Assembly (NCBI RefSeq): GCF_006345805.1
Contig: NC_043020.1
Location: 2,790,001-2,854,000 of the forward strand
From: Octopus sinensis
Lineage: Eukaryota
Reading direction: 5' to 3'
DNA length: 64,000 nt
Positions 1-11,019 of the stretch are shown here, in pieces. Positions within the stretch are counted from its first letter, which is position 1. Each line of letters begins with the position of its first letter. The notes beneath the pieces were generated by a model. That model did no database searches. It was given only the letters and a program-made list of their open reading frames with translations, and was not told the origin of the DNA. Both the position numbers and the translations under genes were made by a program.

Positions 1-1441
1 TTAACAGCAGTGTGGGATGAGTGCTTGGTGACAGGCAATGAGTAAAAGAACACAACACACACAACATAAAGAAAGAATGAATCACAGAAACAGAATAGGA
101 AGTAAATAACAGAGTTGGCTGTAGCTGAATAAGGATCTGCACTAATTAATACAATAATTACAATACGAGATATTCATTACATTTGTAACAAATACTTTCT
201 TTAAATGCTTTTCAAGTTAGTAAAATAACTTTTTTTCACATTAATCACAAGGGTACTCACTAACTTTAGAATTTATTGCAGACAGTTTATTACAATATTA
301 ATGCACAAGTGTTATCCATTATATAAAAGGTATCTTCAGAAGTATACATTTACCACTTTGGGTAATATCAGGAAATATAGCATACGTACAATAATATAAT
401 TTAATTTTTACCAAATTAACCATGGTGACAAAAGAATATTTTAACAGTTCCCCATGACATGATGGGTAGCATTCTAGTAATAATATAATTCTTTGAAATT
501 TTGGCACAAAACAAACAATTTTTAGAGGAAGGGTTGGTAGTCAATTTCACTGGCCCTAATACTTGACAGCATTTAGTTTATTGACCTTGTAAGTTGAAAA
601 AAAAAAGTTAACCCTGACAGGATTTGAACTCTGAACCTAGAGGCCCAGAAGAACTGCTGTTAGGTGTTTTGACCAGTGAGCTAGCAATTTCAGCCAGCTT
701 GCCACCTGATAATAATAATAAAAATAATAATTATACTGTCCAGCATAAATAAAACTCAACCTCATTATATTTTTTTCTGTAAAAACCTATTCTGACATTA
801 AATGAGAACTTCCCATACGAATATTTACATTTGTACATCATTTTCCAACAAAAAATTTCTAAAGAAATTCTGGAAACAATCTACTCATGCAATTAACACC
901 CCCACCCCACCCCCAAGTTTGTTGTTGTTTTGGCAAAAAACAGCACAAGGCCTGAAATTTTGTGAGAGGGAACTAGTCGATCACATCAACCCCAGTACTT
1001 GTACTTAATTTATCAGTCAAGAAAGGCAAAGTTAATCTCGGTGAAATCTGAACTCAGAACAAAGCTGCACACGATACTGATAAGCATTTTGCCTGGCATG
1101 TTAACAATTTTACCAGCTTGCCACCTTAATAATAATAATAATAATAATGATTTCTACCAGAGGCAGAAGATCAGAAATACATGAGGAGAAAAAATAGTAG
1201 ACAAAAATCAACGCAAACACTTCACTGGTACTTTATTTTGTTTACTCTGAAGGATGAAAGGCAAGATAGGCCTTACAGCTGGAAAATTCACAAGGTATTC
1301 TGTGTAATGCTCTACTGACTCTTCAGTTCACCTCACTCTGATAGATGCTAATAATAAAAACATTATTTTTTACATAAAATAAAGATCTCTATTTTCCTAC
1401 ATGTCAAAATCCTTGGTTTAAAACATTAAGTAACAAAAAAT

Positions 1442-1487
1442 TTATTTCATCTGTGGAATACGACTTGTAAATGCTGGTTTTGGTAAT
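1442..1487 (-). CDS. GTSE1: GTSE1-like gene, terminal exon 7 (KLPKPAFTSRIPQMK*)
   Basis: ttttatttcag acceptor, phase 2 entry completes SKLP, contains SRIP, and the TAA stop is at 1444-1442. Confidence 0.75.
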
Positions 1488-1535
1488 CTGAAATAAAACA
1501 AAGAATTTAAGTTGTGTGTATATTAATATGCATGA

Positions 1536-1582
<47 letters not shown>

Positions 1583-2062
1583 CATTTTTGTTTTACTATA
1601 TATATAAAATTGTATGTATGTATGAGTGTGTGTGTGTGTGTTTCCATCTCTTAAAAATAGTTTGAAATTAGCATCTTATATGCTGCCATGAAAATATCAA
1701 GTGTCGGGCACATTTACGAAAAGCTGGTTTGGATGTGAGGTTACTGTCCACTCTCTTACTATTTTATAGTGGAAGTTGAACTTAAATTGCTGAAATTTAT
1801 AAATTTATCTGAAGGTTACGTTTTTATGCCCTTCGGTTAAGGAAATGCGTGAACTAACGTTATCTAGGCGACAACAAGGAAGACGAAACTATAGAACTAC
1901 ATTTACATGATGACATGGAACTGACATAGACAGAATAATGAAAAGGAGCTAATAAGGGGTTTTATAATCTGTGCAGAAATAGAAGAGTAAATGACGGGTT
2001 GAAAAGGCAAGACTTATCTGGCCATCTTCTGGGGTTCGTATTTTCAGCCGAGATGCTGATCT

Positions 2063-2438
2063 CTAATTATGGAAGAGGTAGATCCAAGAAGACATGGGAT
2101 GAGATGGTGAAATGTGAACCTCGGATGCTGAGTCTCACAGAGATAATGACAAGCGAGCGGGAGTTCTGGCAAGCTGCTGTGCTCAAGAAGACACCTCAAG
2201 CTAAATGAAACTGTGGTCATGGCCTGGTATCTGTGACGTATGAATGGCACCCATGCTGGTGACACATAAAAGACACCCAGTACACTTTGTGGAGGGGTTG
2301 GCATTAGGAAGGGCATTTAAGTTGTAGAAACCAAGCCAAAACAGACTGGAACCTGGTGCAGCTCTCTGGTTTACCACCTCTAGTCAAACCACTCAACCGA
2401 GCATAGAAAATAGATGCTAAATGATGATGAGGATGATG
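2063..2438 (+). mobile_element. RTE-clade LINE 3' fragment
   Basis: GRGRSKKTWDEMVK motif, the family 3' UTR and a (GAT)n-like tail. Confidence 0.75.
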
Positions 2439-2685
2439 GTGGTGTGTATGTGTTTATAAGTTTAAGACTTCTTACAGTGTTACATTTATAGCCCTTGGCT
2501 GATGCTGGATGACAGAAAAGGTATGATGAGTAATTAGAGCAATCATTTCAATGCAAGCAATACTTTCTCCAACATTAAAACAATGGCTACAAATGTACGT
2601 CCTTAAACTGGTTCAATAGTGATACACTGAAATTATTGAATCAAGTCAGTTAGAAGCCAAACATTACATAACAAAAATATCTTAC

Positions 2686-2728
2686 TTTGATCTTGTGGAT
2701 AAAGATGGTGCAGGGATTTTTTCAGAAG
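2686..2728 (-). CDS. GTSE1: GTSE1-like gene, exon 6 (ASEKIPAPSLSTRSK)
   Basis: ccatttcag acceptor and AA|gtaag donor. 43 nt, phase 1 to 2. Confidence 0.7.
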
Positions 2729-3828
2729 CTGAAATGGAAAAAAAAGTAAAATTAACTTAAGGACGATTAAATTCTCTGTCACACTTACACATTTATTTTC
2801 ATTATTGTTTTTAACATCCACTTATTTATGCTTGCATCTATCGGACAAGATTTGATGAGGCATATTTTCTGCAGCTGGATGCTCTTTCTGTCACCAACCC
2901 TCACTTGCAAGGTAATATTTTCCTATGTGGTTTTCACAGAAGACTAGAAATGAACAACATCGCTTGTATGATAGTGCTCATTTACAAACATTACCTGATG
3001 TTAAGACATATATTTGGTAGACAGAAACTGATTCAAGTGTGACTGTATGGTAAGAAGCTTGCTTCCCAACCCCGTAGTTCTGGGTTCAGTCTCACTGCAT
3101 GGCACCTTGGCTAAGTGTCTTCTACTATAGCGTCAGGCCAACCAATGCCTTGTGAGTGGATTGGATAGATGGAAACTTAAAGAAGCCTGTTATGTGTATG
3201 TGTGTGTATTTGTTTGTCTCCCCACTCCCCCATTGTTTGGCAACCAATGTTGGTGTGTTTACTTACAATTCTGTAAACCTAGCGGTTTGGCAAAAGAGAC
3301 CTACAGAATAAGTAATGGGCTTTAAAAAAATAGGTCCTGGGGTTGATTTGTTCAACTCAAACCCTTCAAAGTAGTGCTCTAGAATGGCTGCATTCAAATG
3401 ACTGAAACAAGTAAAAAAAGAGCACACACAAACACACATATGCTTCTTTCTTTGGTCAGCCTGGGGTTATAGAAAGCATTTGCCCAAGGTGTACTACAGT
3501 AGGGGTGAACCTGAAAACATGTAGTTGGGAAGCAAGCTACTCAACTAAAAAGCCATGTGTGCGTGAGTGTGTGTAGTATTTGTGTCTCCTTGTCTTGACA
3601 TTGCATGATAATTGTAAATGAGTGCCTCTGACATATAGGCAGTATTATTAATTTCCGATATTCTGTGGAAACATGTTTGGCCATGGGGAAATATTACTTT
3701 GTTAGGAAACATGCAAGAACTGGGAACAGAAAAGACATCTGGCCATAGCAAAAAATCTGCCTCAATAAACTTTTGACCAATGCCAGCATGGAAAAGGGGA
3801 TGTTAAAATGATAAAAATAAATACATAC

Positions 3829-3982
3829 CTTTGACTACTGGCTTGTGGATGGCTTTCACCGGGCCTTTTTGTGCAACCTGATTGGAGACATTAGGTTTAC
3901 TGGCGTTCAATGCCATAAGAGGTTGCTGTATTTTAAATGGCTGTGTCATCTTGGATTTCACCACTTCCTTAGAACCCGATGT
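3829..3982 (-). CDS. GTSE1: GTSE1-like gene, exon 5 (TSGSKEVV...HKPVVK)
   Basis: ttttcag acceptor and G|gtatgt donor. 154 nt, phase 0 to 1, lies within ORF 3803-4003. Confidence 0.75.
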
Positions 3983-4623
3983 CTGAAAATAAAAAAAATT
4001 CAAATCTCATTCTGAAATTTTATTTTGTGTAGTTAAGAAGCTTGCTTTGCAACCATGTTCTCTGGGATTCAGTCCCATCGTGTAATGACACCTTGGGCAT
4101 GTGTCTTCTACAACTGATCAATGCCTTGAGAGTGAATTTAGAAGACGAAAACTATGAGGAAACCCATCATGTGTGTGTGTGTGTGTGTTTGTTATGTTTG
4201 GGTCCCTGGCACTATCATTTGACAACCAGTGTTGGGTTAATTTAGGTCTCCATAACTTAGCAGTTTAGCAAAGAAACTTACAGAATAAGTGTTAGGTTTT
4301 AAAAAAATTAGTAGTGGGATTGATTTGTTTTAAGACCTTTCAAGGTAATGCCCCATCATGACAGCATGGCTTGCAGTCCACTGACTGAAACAAATGATAA
4401 AAGATTATATATATCATCATCATCATTTTTGTTTAATGTCCATCTTCCATGCATGGGGAGGACAGTTGACAGGAGCCAGCCAGGTAGAAAATCTACCCAA
4501 GGCTACTGTGTCTGCTTTGACAGGGATGTTATGGCTGGATGCCCTTCCTAACACCAACCACTCTGCAGGTTACATATTGAACAGGGCCATTTGCCAGCTG
4601 GAATAAGAGTTATCTCTTATCTC

Positions 4624-5225
4624 TTATAGTCTAAGCCAAGTTAACTTTAAGGCCCTTTGCTTCCAAACCCAGAACTTCTCCAATTGTGTTTCAGATTCTG
4701 CAATAAGAGCAAGATCATTAGCATATAGCAGTTCCCATGGGCATCCAGTTTTGAATTTGTCTGTTATGGCCTGGAGAACTATGATGAATAAGAGTGGACT
4801 AAGAACTGATCCCTGGTGTACTCCAGCTTGTACGTTAAATTCATCACTGTATTCAAGACCAATTCTCACCTTACTGACAGCATTGCTGTACATGGTTTGA
4901 ACCTCTCTAACAAGCCACTCCTCTACTCCTAGCTTCCTTAGGGACCACAAAATAAGAGAGCAGGGAACCCTGTTGAAAGCTTTCTCCAGGTCAAGAAGGC
5001 TAAGTACAATGGCTTACTTTTGGTCAAATACTTTTCTTGCAACTGTCTCACTATGAAGATGGCATCTGTGGTACTTCTCTCAAGAACAAAACCAAACTGC
5101 ATCTCAACTAATTTAATTCTATCCTTAATTAGTTGAGATATAACTATCTCTGTAATTTTCGTGGCCTGATCCAGCAGTTTGATACCACTGTAGTTATTTC
5201 TATTTAAGGCATCACCTTTACCCTT
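4624..5225 (-). mobile_element. RTE-clade LINE reverse-transcriptase fragment
   Basis: GVHQGSVLSPLLFIIVL and ELLYANDLAL (RT motifs; YADD decayed), followed by a degenerate LEKAFNRVP segment. Confidence 0.9.
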
Positions 5226-5276
5226 TATACATACCCAGAATTAACCTTATATTCTAATAAACACACATATATATAT

Positions 5277-6005
5277 ATAGGGCAATTGGGCTAAATTTGA
5301 CAGTTTGCATAAAAAGAAAACAAAACAATATCTCATCCCAAAATAAAAGTATTTAAGAAAAAAAAATATCAACTAGATTATGGCTGGAAGATAACAGTTT
5401 ACTCAAAGTAGCCACTTTCAGCTTCCACCACGACCTCAAGACAGACCCAGAACCTGGCGCATGCATTTCTCATTATGTCCCCGGAAATATCTTGATAATG
5501 GTCACCAGATCAGCCTGGATGTTAACCCACAACCTGCTTCTCTTTTTCTATTAAATCCTATTAAGTCTTGGGTAAAATACTTGAGCTGCCCTTCTTCCTC
5601 TTAGTCATATAATAATAATCTTTTCTGCTACTGAAACAGCAGTTGATATCTTTCTCAACTGTGCCCCACACATAATCCATGGGATTGCAATCAGGGCAAT
5701 TAGCAGTCCAGAAATTGAGGATAGCGAAGTTGAAGAAATTCTCTGGCAATCACTTCTGAATCTTAAAGACAGTATGGCTAGGAACTGAATACTGCTGCCA
5801 CACTTATGGCCTTCCAGAAGCAACCCTCCCTAGTCAGGGTTTGACCGTCTCCAGCAGCATGAAATAGCTGTCTGCATTGAGCCTAAGGCCCTGTTCAAAG
5901 ATGTGGAGCACTGTGTCCTCACCCTGACTGGAGACACATCCAAAGTTTGGGCGCACTTGGTTTTCATGATGACCATGTCAAGTCATACAGCCTCTACAGT
6001 GTTCA
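5277..6005 (-). mobile_element. Decayed Tc1/mariner-superfamily transposase fragment
   Basis: NFWTANCPDCNPMDYVWGTVEKDIN resembles WPPNSPDxNPLDYYVW. Multiple frameshifts. Confidence 0.75.
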
Positions 6006-6203
6006 CACATACATATAGGATGAGATTCTTTCAGTTTCTGCCTACCAAATCCACTTACAAGGCTTTGGTTGGCCCAGAGCTATAGCAGAAGACACTGGCC
6101 CAAGTGCCATGCAGTAGGATTGAATCCAGAACCATGTGGTTGGAAGTAAAATTCCTAAAATAAAAAGGAAATTTCCAACATAAAAAAAAAGGTGAAAACT
6201 CAC

Positions 6204-6299
6204 AGGTATCTTGCTGGTTGACTTGCAGCTCAAAACTGGAGTTGACATCAAACATTTCCGTTTTATGTTGGAACTAGAAGAGTTTTCTGTGGCAGTACT
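6204..6299 (-). CDS. GTSE1: GTSE1-like gene, exon 4 (STATEN...TSKIP)
   Basis: tttttatttcaag acceptor and CCT|gtgag donor. 96 nt, phase 0-0, ends in the SxIP motif SKIP. Confidence 0.75.
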
Positions 6300-6669
6300 C
6301 TTGAAATAAAAATTGATGTTTAGCATGTTAATAGATGGAGTGAAACAAGGCAAGATTGTTACTACGTATCCCCAGGTCAGTTCTAATCCAGCAAACCTTA
6401 GACTAAATTAAAGGCATTCCGGAAATGACCAGTCCTCTTAGGCAATGACTAAAGCAAATTTTACTGTGAATTTGTTGTTATAGGTAGATTTTACTGTAAT
6501 ATATAACTAATTTTTGCATTATTCTATTTATTGTATTAACTAATTATGTACTACTATTATTTTTTATAACCTACTTCAAATTTCTAATTATTAATTAATA
6601 ATTTTAAAAAAATGAATTTTTTTAAAGTGCAAAAAATATTTTGAGTTATTTCAAATTTTTAAATAGAAG

Positions 6670-7622
6670 TAATGGCCCTGCTCGATCTGTAGAAAAGGCA
6701 TAGGTAGAAACCTCTGTAAGATGTACCCAGTGTAAGCTATGGACACATAAGAGGTGCAGCAATATCAAAGGAAGGCTAACTGGGAAGATAGTTTTTGTAT
6801 GTGGCAGATGCTCAGGAGCAATAAACACTGAAAATGTGCAGAGAACAACTTCTGCTACATTCCAGGGAGGAAAACTCGAAGTAGTTGATAGCGTCTGTTA
6901 CCTAGGTGACCAAGTCAGTAGCAGGGGTGGGTGCACTGAAGGTGTAGCTGCAAGAATAAGAATAGCCTGGGCAAAGTTCAGAGAGCTCTTACCTCTGCTG
7001 GTGACAAAGGGCCTCTTGCTCAGAGTAAAATGTAGACTGTATGATGCATTTGTATGAACAGCCACACTACATGGGCTGAAGTGAAACATGGGCTGTGACT
7101 GCTGAGGACATATGCAAGCTTGCAAGGAACGAAGCCAGTATGCTCCACTGGATGTGTAATGTCAGTGTGCATACACGACAGAGTGTTAGTACCTTGAGAG
7201 AAAAGTTGGACTTGATGTGGTGTGCAAGAGAGACAACTGCGCTGGTATGGCCATGTGGCGAGAATGGATGTGGATAGCTGTGTGAAAAAGTGCCACACCC
7301 TAGCAGTTGAAGGAACCTGTGGAAGAGGTAGACCCAGGAAGACCTGGGATGAGGTGGTGAAGCACAACCTTTGAACATTAGGCCTCCCCGAGGCAATGAC
7401 TAGTGACTGAGACCTTTAGAAATATGCTGTGCTTGAAAAGACTTGGCAAGCCAAGTGAGACCATAACCCGTGGCCTATACCAGGGGTGTAACCAGCCCAC
7501 TTATGCGTACCTTACCTTCAGATTGGAACCTGGTGCAGCCATCTGGTTTGCCAGTCCTCAGTCAAACTGTCTAACCCATGCTAGCATGGAAAGCTGATGT
7601 TAAACGATGATGATGATGATGA
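6670..7622 (+). mobile_element. RTE-clade LINE, 5'-truncated
   Basis: LEVVDSVCYLGD...RIRIAWAKFRELLPLL, RGRPRKTW, then the 3' UTR and (GAT)n tail. Confidence 0.9.
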
Positions 7623-7994
7623 ACTTGTAATGAAATTTTTAGTGTTAATAAAAGCTAATATTTTCTAAATCTAAATATTTTATTTAAAATTTTATCCTTA
7701 GCTGCAATATTCCGAGTAAAAAGTTTCTTGTTCTGTACTTTACCGGGTTTATAATCTTGCTTGCATTTTACCATGTAATATATATTTAGTAAGATAATAA
7801 ATCACATGGTATACAGTATACACCTGGCAGTTTGCTGGCTCTTTGTTTGTTGGGTATGTAATTAATGAGAGAGAGACTGAAGATGGAATATACAAGAATC
7901 TTTATTGATCACTACAATCATTTCGACCCATCTAGCATTGATTCCTCATGGAATGGTTTATGCTGTCTCCTCAGTGATTTCAAAGTAAATTCTG

Positions 7995-8255
7995 TTTCAC
8001 GGCCCCGTGCCGGTGACACGTAAAAGCACCATCCGTTCGTGGCCGTTCGCCAGCTCTGTCTGGCACCTGTGCAGGTGGCACGTAGAAAACACCCACTACA
8101 CTCGCGGAGTGGTTGGCGTTAGGAAGGGCATCCAGCCGTAGAAACACTGCCAGATCTGACTGGGCCTGACGAAGCCTTCCAGCTTCACAGACCCCAGTTG
8201 ACCCGTCCAACCCATGCTAGCATGGAAAACGGACGCTAAACGATGATGATGATGA
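7995..8255 (+). mobile_element. RTE 3'-UTR fragment
   Basis: GTGCxGGTGGCAC units, gttaggaagggcatccagc, and aaacgatgatgatgat tail shared with 15503-15787, 16230-16636 and 37930-38202. Confidence 0.8.
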
Positions 8256-8382
8256 CTTATTACAGCATGTTTACTTCTTGAGCCCCATAGATAGAAAATG
8301 GCAAATTGACGGATACTGCTTCATTCTTTAGATCAATGACAAAGATCAGATGCAAAAAGAAACAAATATACAATAATACACA

Positions 8383-8437
<55 letters not shown>

Positions 8438-8447
<10 letters not shown>

Positions 8448-8606
8448 AATTAGGGTATCTACGAGATACTACCATGCTGAAAATAGCAGCCATGATCTCA
8501 CTCTAAAACCACCTTAATTGTCCATATTAAGGTGGTTTTAGAGTGAGATCATAGCTGCTATTTTCAGCATGGTGGTATCTCGTAGATACCCTAATTTATA
8601 ATTTTA
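8438..8606. repeat. Near-perfect fold-back, about 81-bp arms with a 7-nt loop
   Basis: 8438-8518 is the reverse complement of 8526-8606 with 2 mismatches. Flanked by (TA)n. Confidence 0.95.
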
Positions 8607-8691
8607 ATAATTATTACCTTTGAAGGTTATTTTTTCTATGCTGACCACTTGATAAAATCGTTATTTTATTTTTAAATTAGCGATTTTATCC

Positions 8692-8760
<69 letters not shown>

Positions 8761-9134
8761 TTAATCAGCCGAAATTTGCTATGATGATCTGGTTTCTGAC
8801 TGAAGATTAAAGGCTTCAAATGACCCGTCTGTTTTCTGTGTTCGTCCCTTTGTGTATTTCACGTTCTTGTTTCTTTATATATAATTTTTATACCTATATA
8901 TATATATATATATTGTTGGCATCCTTTTTGTCTCGGGAGACAATGGAGTTGCACATAAAATGCACAATATATATTTTATTAAAATTTTATGTATTGATTA
9001 AGTCTTTCCTTGTTTGTTTTGCAAAATAGTGGTTTTGTCTCTAATAATATTATATAATATTTTACTATAAAATTGGATTTAATCCTAAATCTGATTTTTT
9101 CCCTGTAAATTTGGATTTATTCCCTAATATTTAT

Positions 9135-10190
9135 TATTATATATATACACATATATATATATATATACACATATATATATATATATACACATAATATATA
9201 TATATATACACATATATATATATACACATATATATATAATATACACATATATATATATACACATATAATATATATACACATATATATATATATACACATA
9301 TATATATATATACACATATATATATATATATATCACATATATATATATAATACACATATATATATATATACACACATATATATATATATACACACATATA
9401 TATATATATACACACATATATATATATACACACATATATATATATACACACATATATATATATACACATATATATATACACACATATATATATATACACA
9501 CATATATATATTACACATATATATTATATATACACACATATATATAATATACACATATATATATATACCACATATATATATATACACATATATATATACA
9601 CACATATATATATACACACATATATATATTACACATATATATATATATAACACACATATATATATACACACATATATATATATACACACATATATATTAT
9701 ATATACACATATATATATATATACATATATATATACACACACATATATATATAACACTATATATATATATACACATATAATATACACACATATATATATA
9801 TTACACATATATATATATACACTATATATATATATACACATATATATATACACACATATATATATATATACACATATATATATATTACACATATATATAT
9901 ACACACATATATATATATATACACATATATATATATATACACATATATATATATACACATATATATATATCACATATATATATAATACACATATATATAT
10001 ATATATAACACATATATATATATATATATACACATATATATATATATACACTATATATATATATACACATATATTATATATACACAATATATATATACAC
10101 ACATATTATATATATACACATATATACACATATACACATATATATACACATATATATATACACATATATATATACATATATATATATCCC
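9135..10190. repeat. About 1-kb compound (TA)n/(CA) microsatellite
   Basis: Continuous tatatatacaca units. This is the source of the YI/CV-repeat pseudo-ORFs. Confidence 0.98.
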
Positions 10191-11019
10191 AATAATCTAA
10201 TAATTTTTTTATTTTTTTTATTTAGAATGACATTGTAGGGTAGGTGAGAGAGGTCGGATCTGGCTAGGTTAAATACTAAAGGGGTGTTGTGTTCTTGAGC
10301 AAGGCACTTTATTTCACGTTGCTCCAGTTCACTCAACTGTAGAAATGAGTTGCGACGTCACAGGTGCCAAGCTGTATTGGCCTTTGTCTTTCCCTTGGAT
10401 AACACTGGTGGCGTGGAGAGGGGAGGCTGGTATGCATGGGCGACTGCTGGTCTTCCATAAACAACCTTGCCCGGACTTGTGCCAGAGAGGGTAACTTTCT
10501 AGGTGCAATCCCATGGTCATTCATGACCGAAGGGGGTCTTTAATGTTTTTTTATATATACATATATACATATACATATATATATATACACACAATAAAAC
10601 AAAACAAAAACTATCAATTTGCCATTTCTATCTATGAAGCCCAAAAAGTAAACATGCAGTAATAAGTTGTGCAAAAGAGAATTTATTTTAATGAAATACC
10701 TCTTGAAATCGCCCGAGGAGACATCTACACAAAAAGATAACCTAAACCAGTTGTGCTGTATCAATACTAGATGGGTTGAAAAGATTGTGGTTATCAATAA
10801 AGATTCTCGTATATTCCATCTTCTGTCTCTCTCATGTGTGTGTGTGTGTAATTATATACAATTTCTGTCTAAATCTACTCACCCCAGAGCTATAGTAGAA
10901 GATACTTGCACAAGGTGCTGTGCTATGGGTCTGAACCCAAAACCACATGAGTGGGAAGTAAACTTAACCTCAGGGCCACACCTGTGACTAGAGCAAAAAA
11001 AAAGAAAAAAAAAACTTAC

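Noticed and set aside
9117-10336. Long YI/CV-rich ORFs (also at 27.0, 38.8, 56.4 and 61.1 kb)
   Set aside because: These are translations of (TA)n/(CA)n microsatellites, which lack stop codons by composition.
7824-10724. Two candidate micro-exons (10700-10724 and 7824-7876) that together keep the GTSE1-like frame
   Set aside because: Both overlap copies of the same interspersed repeat (7862-7985 and 10703-10835), and exon 3 joins exon 4 directly in phase 0. They were left out of the model pending RNA evidence.
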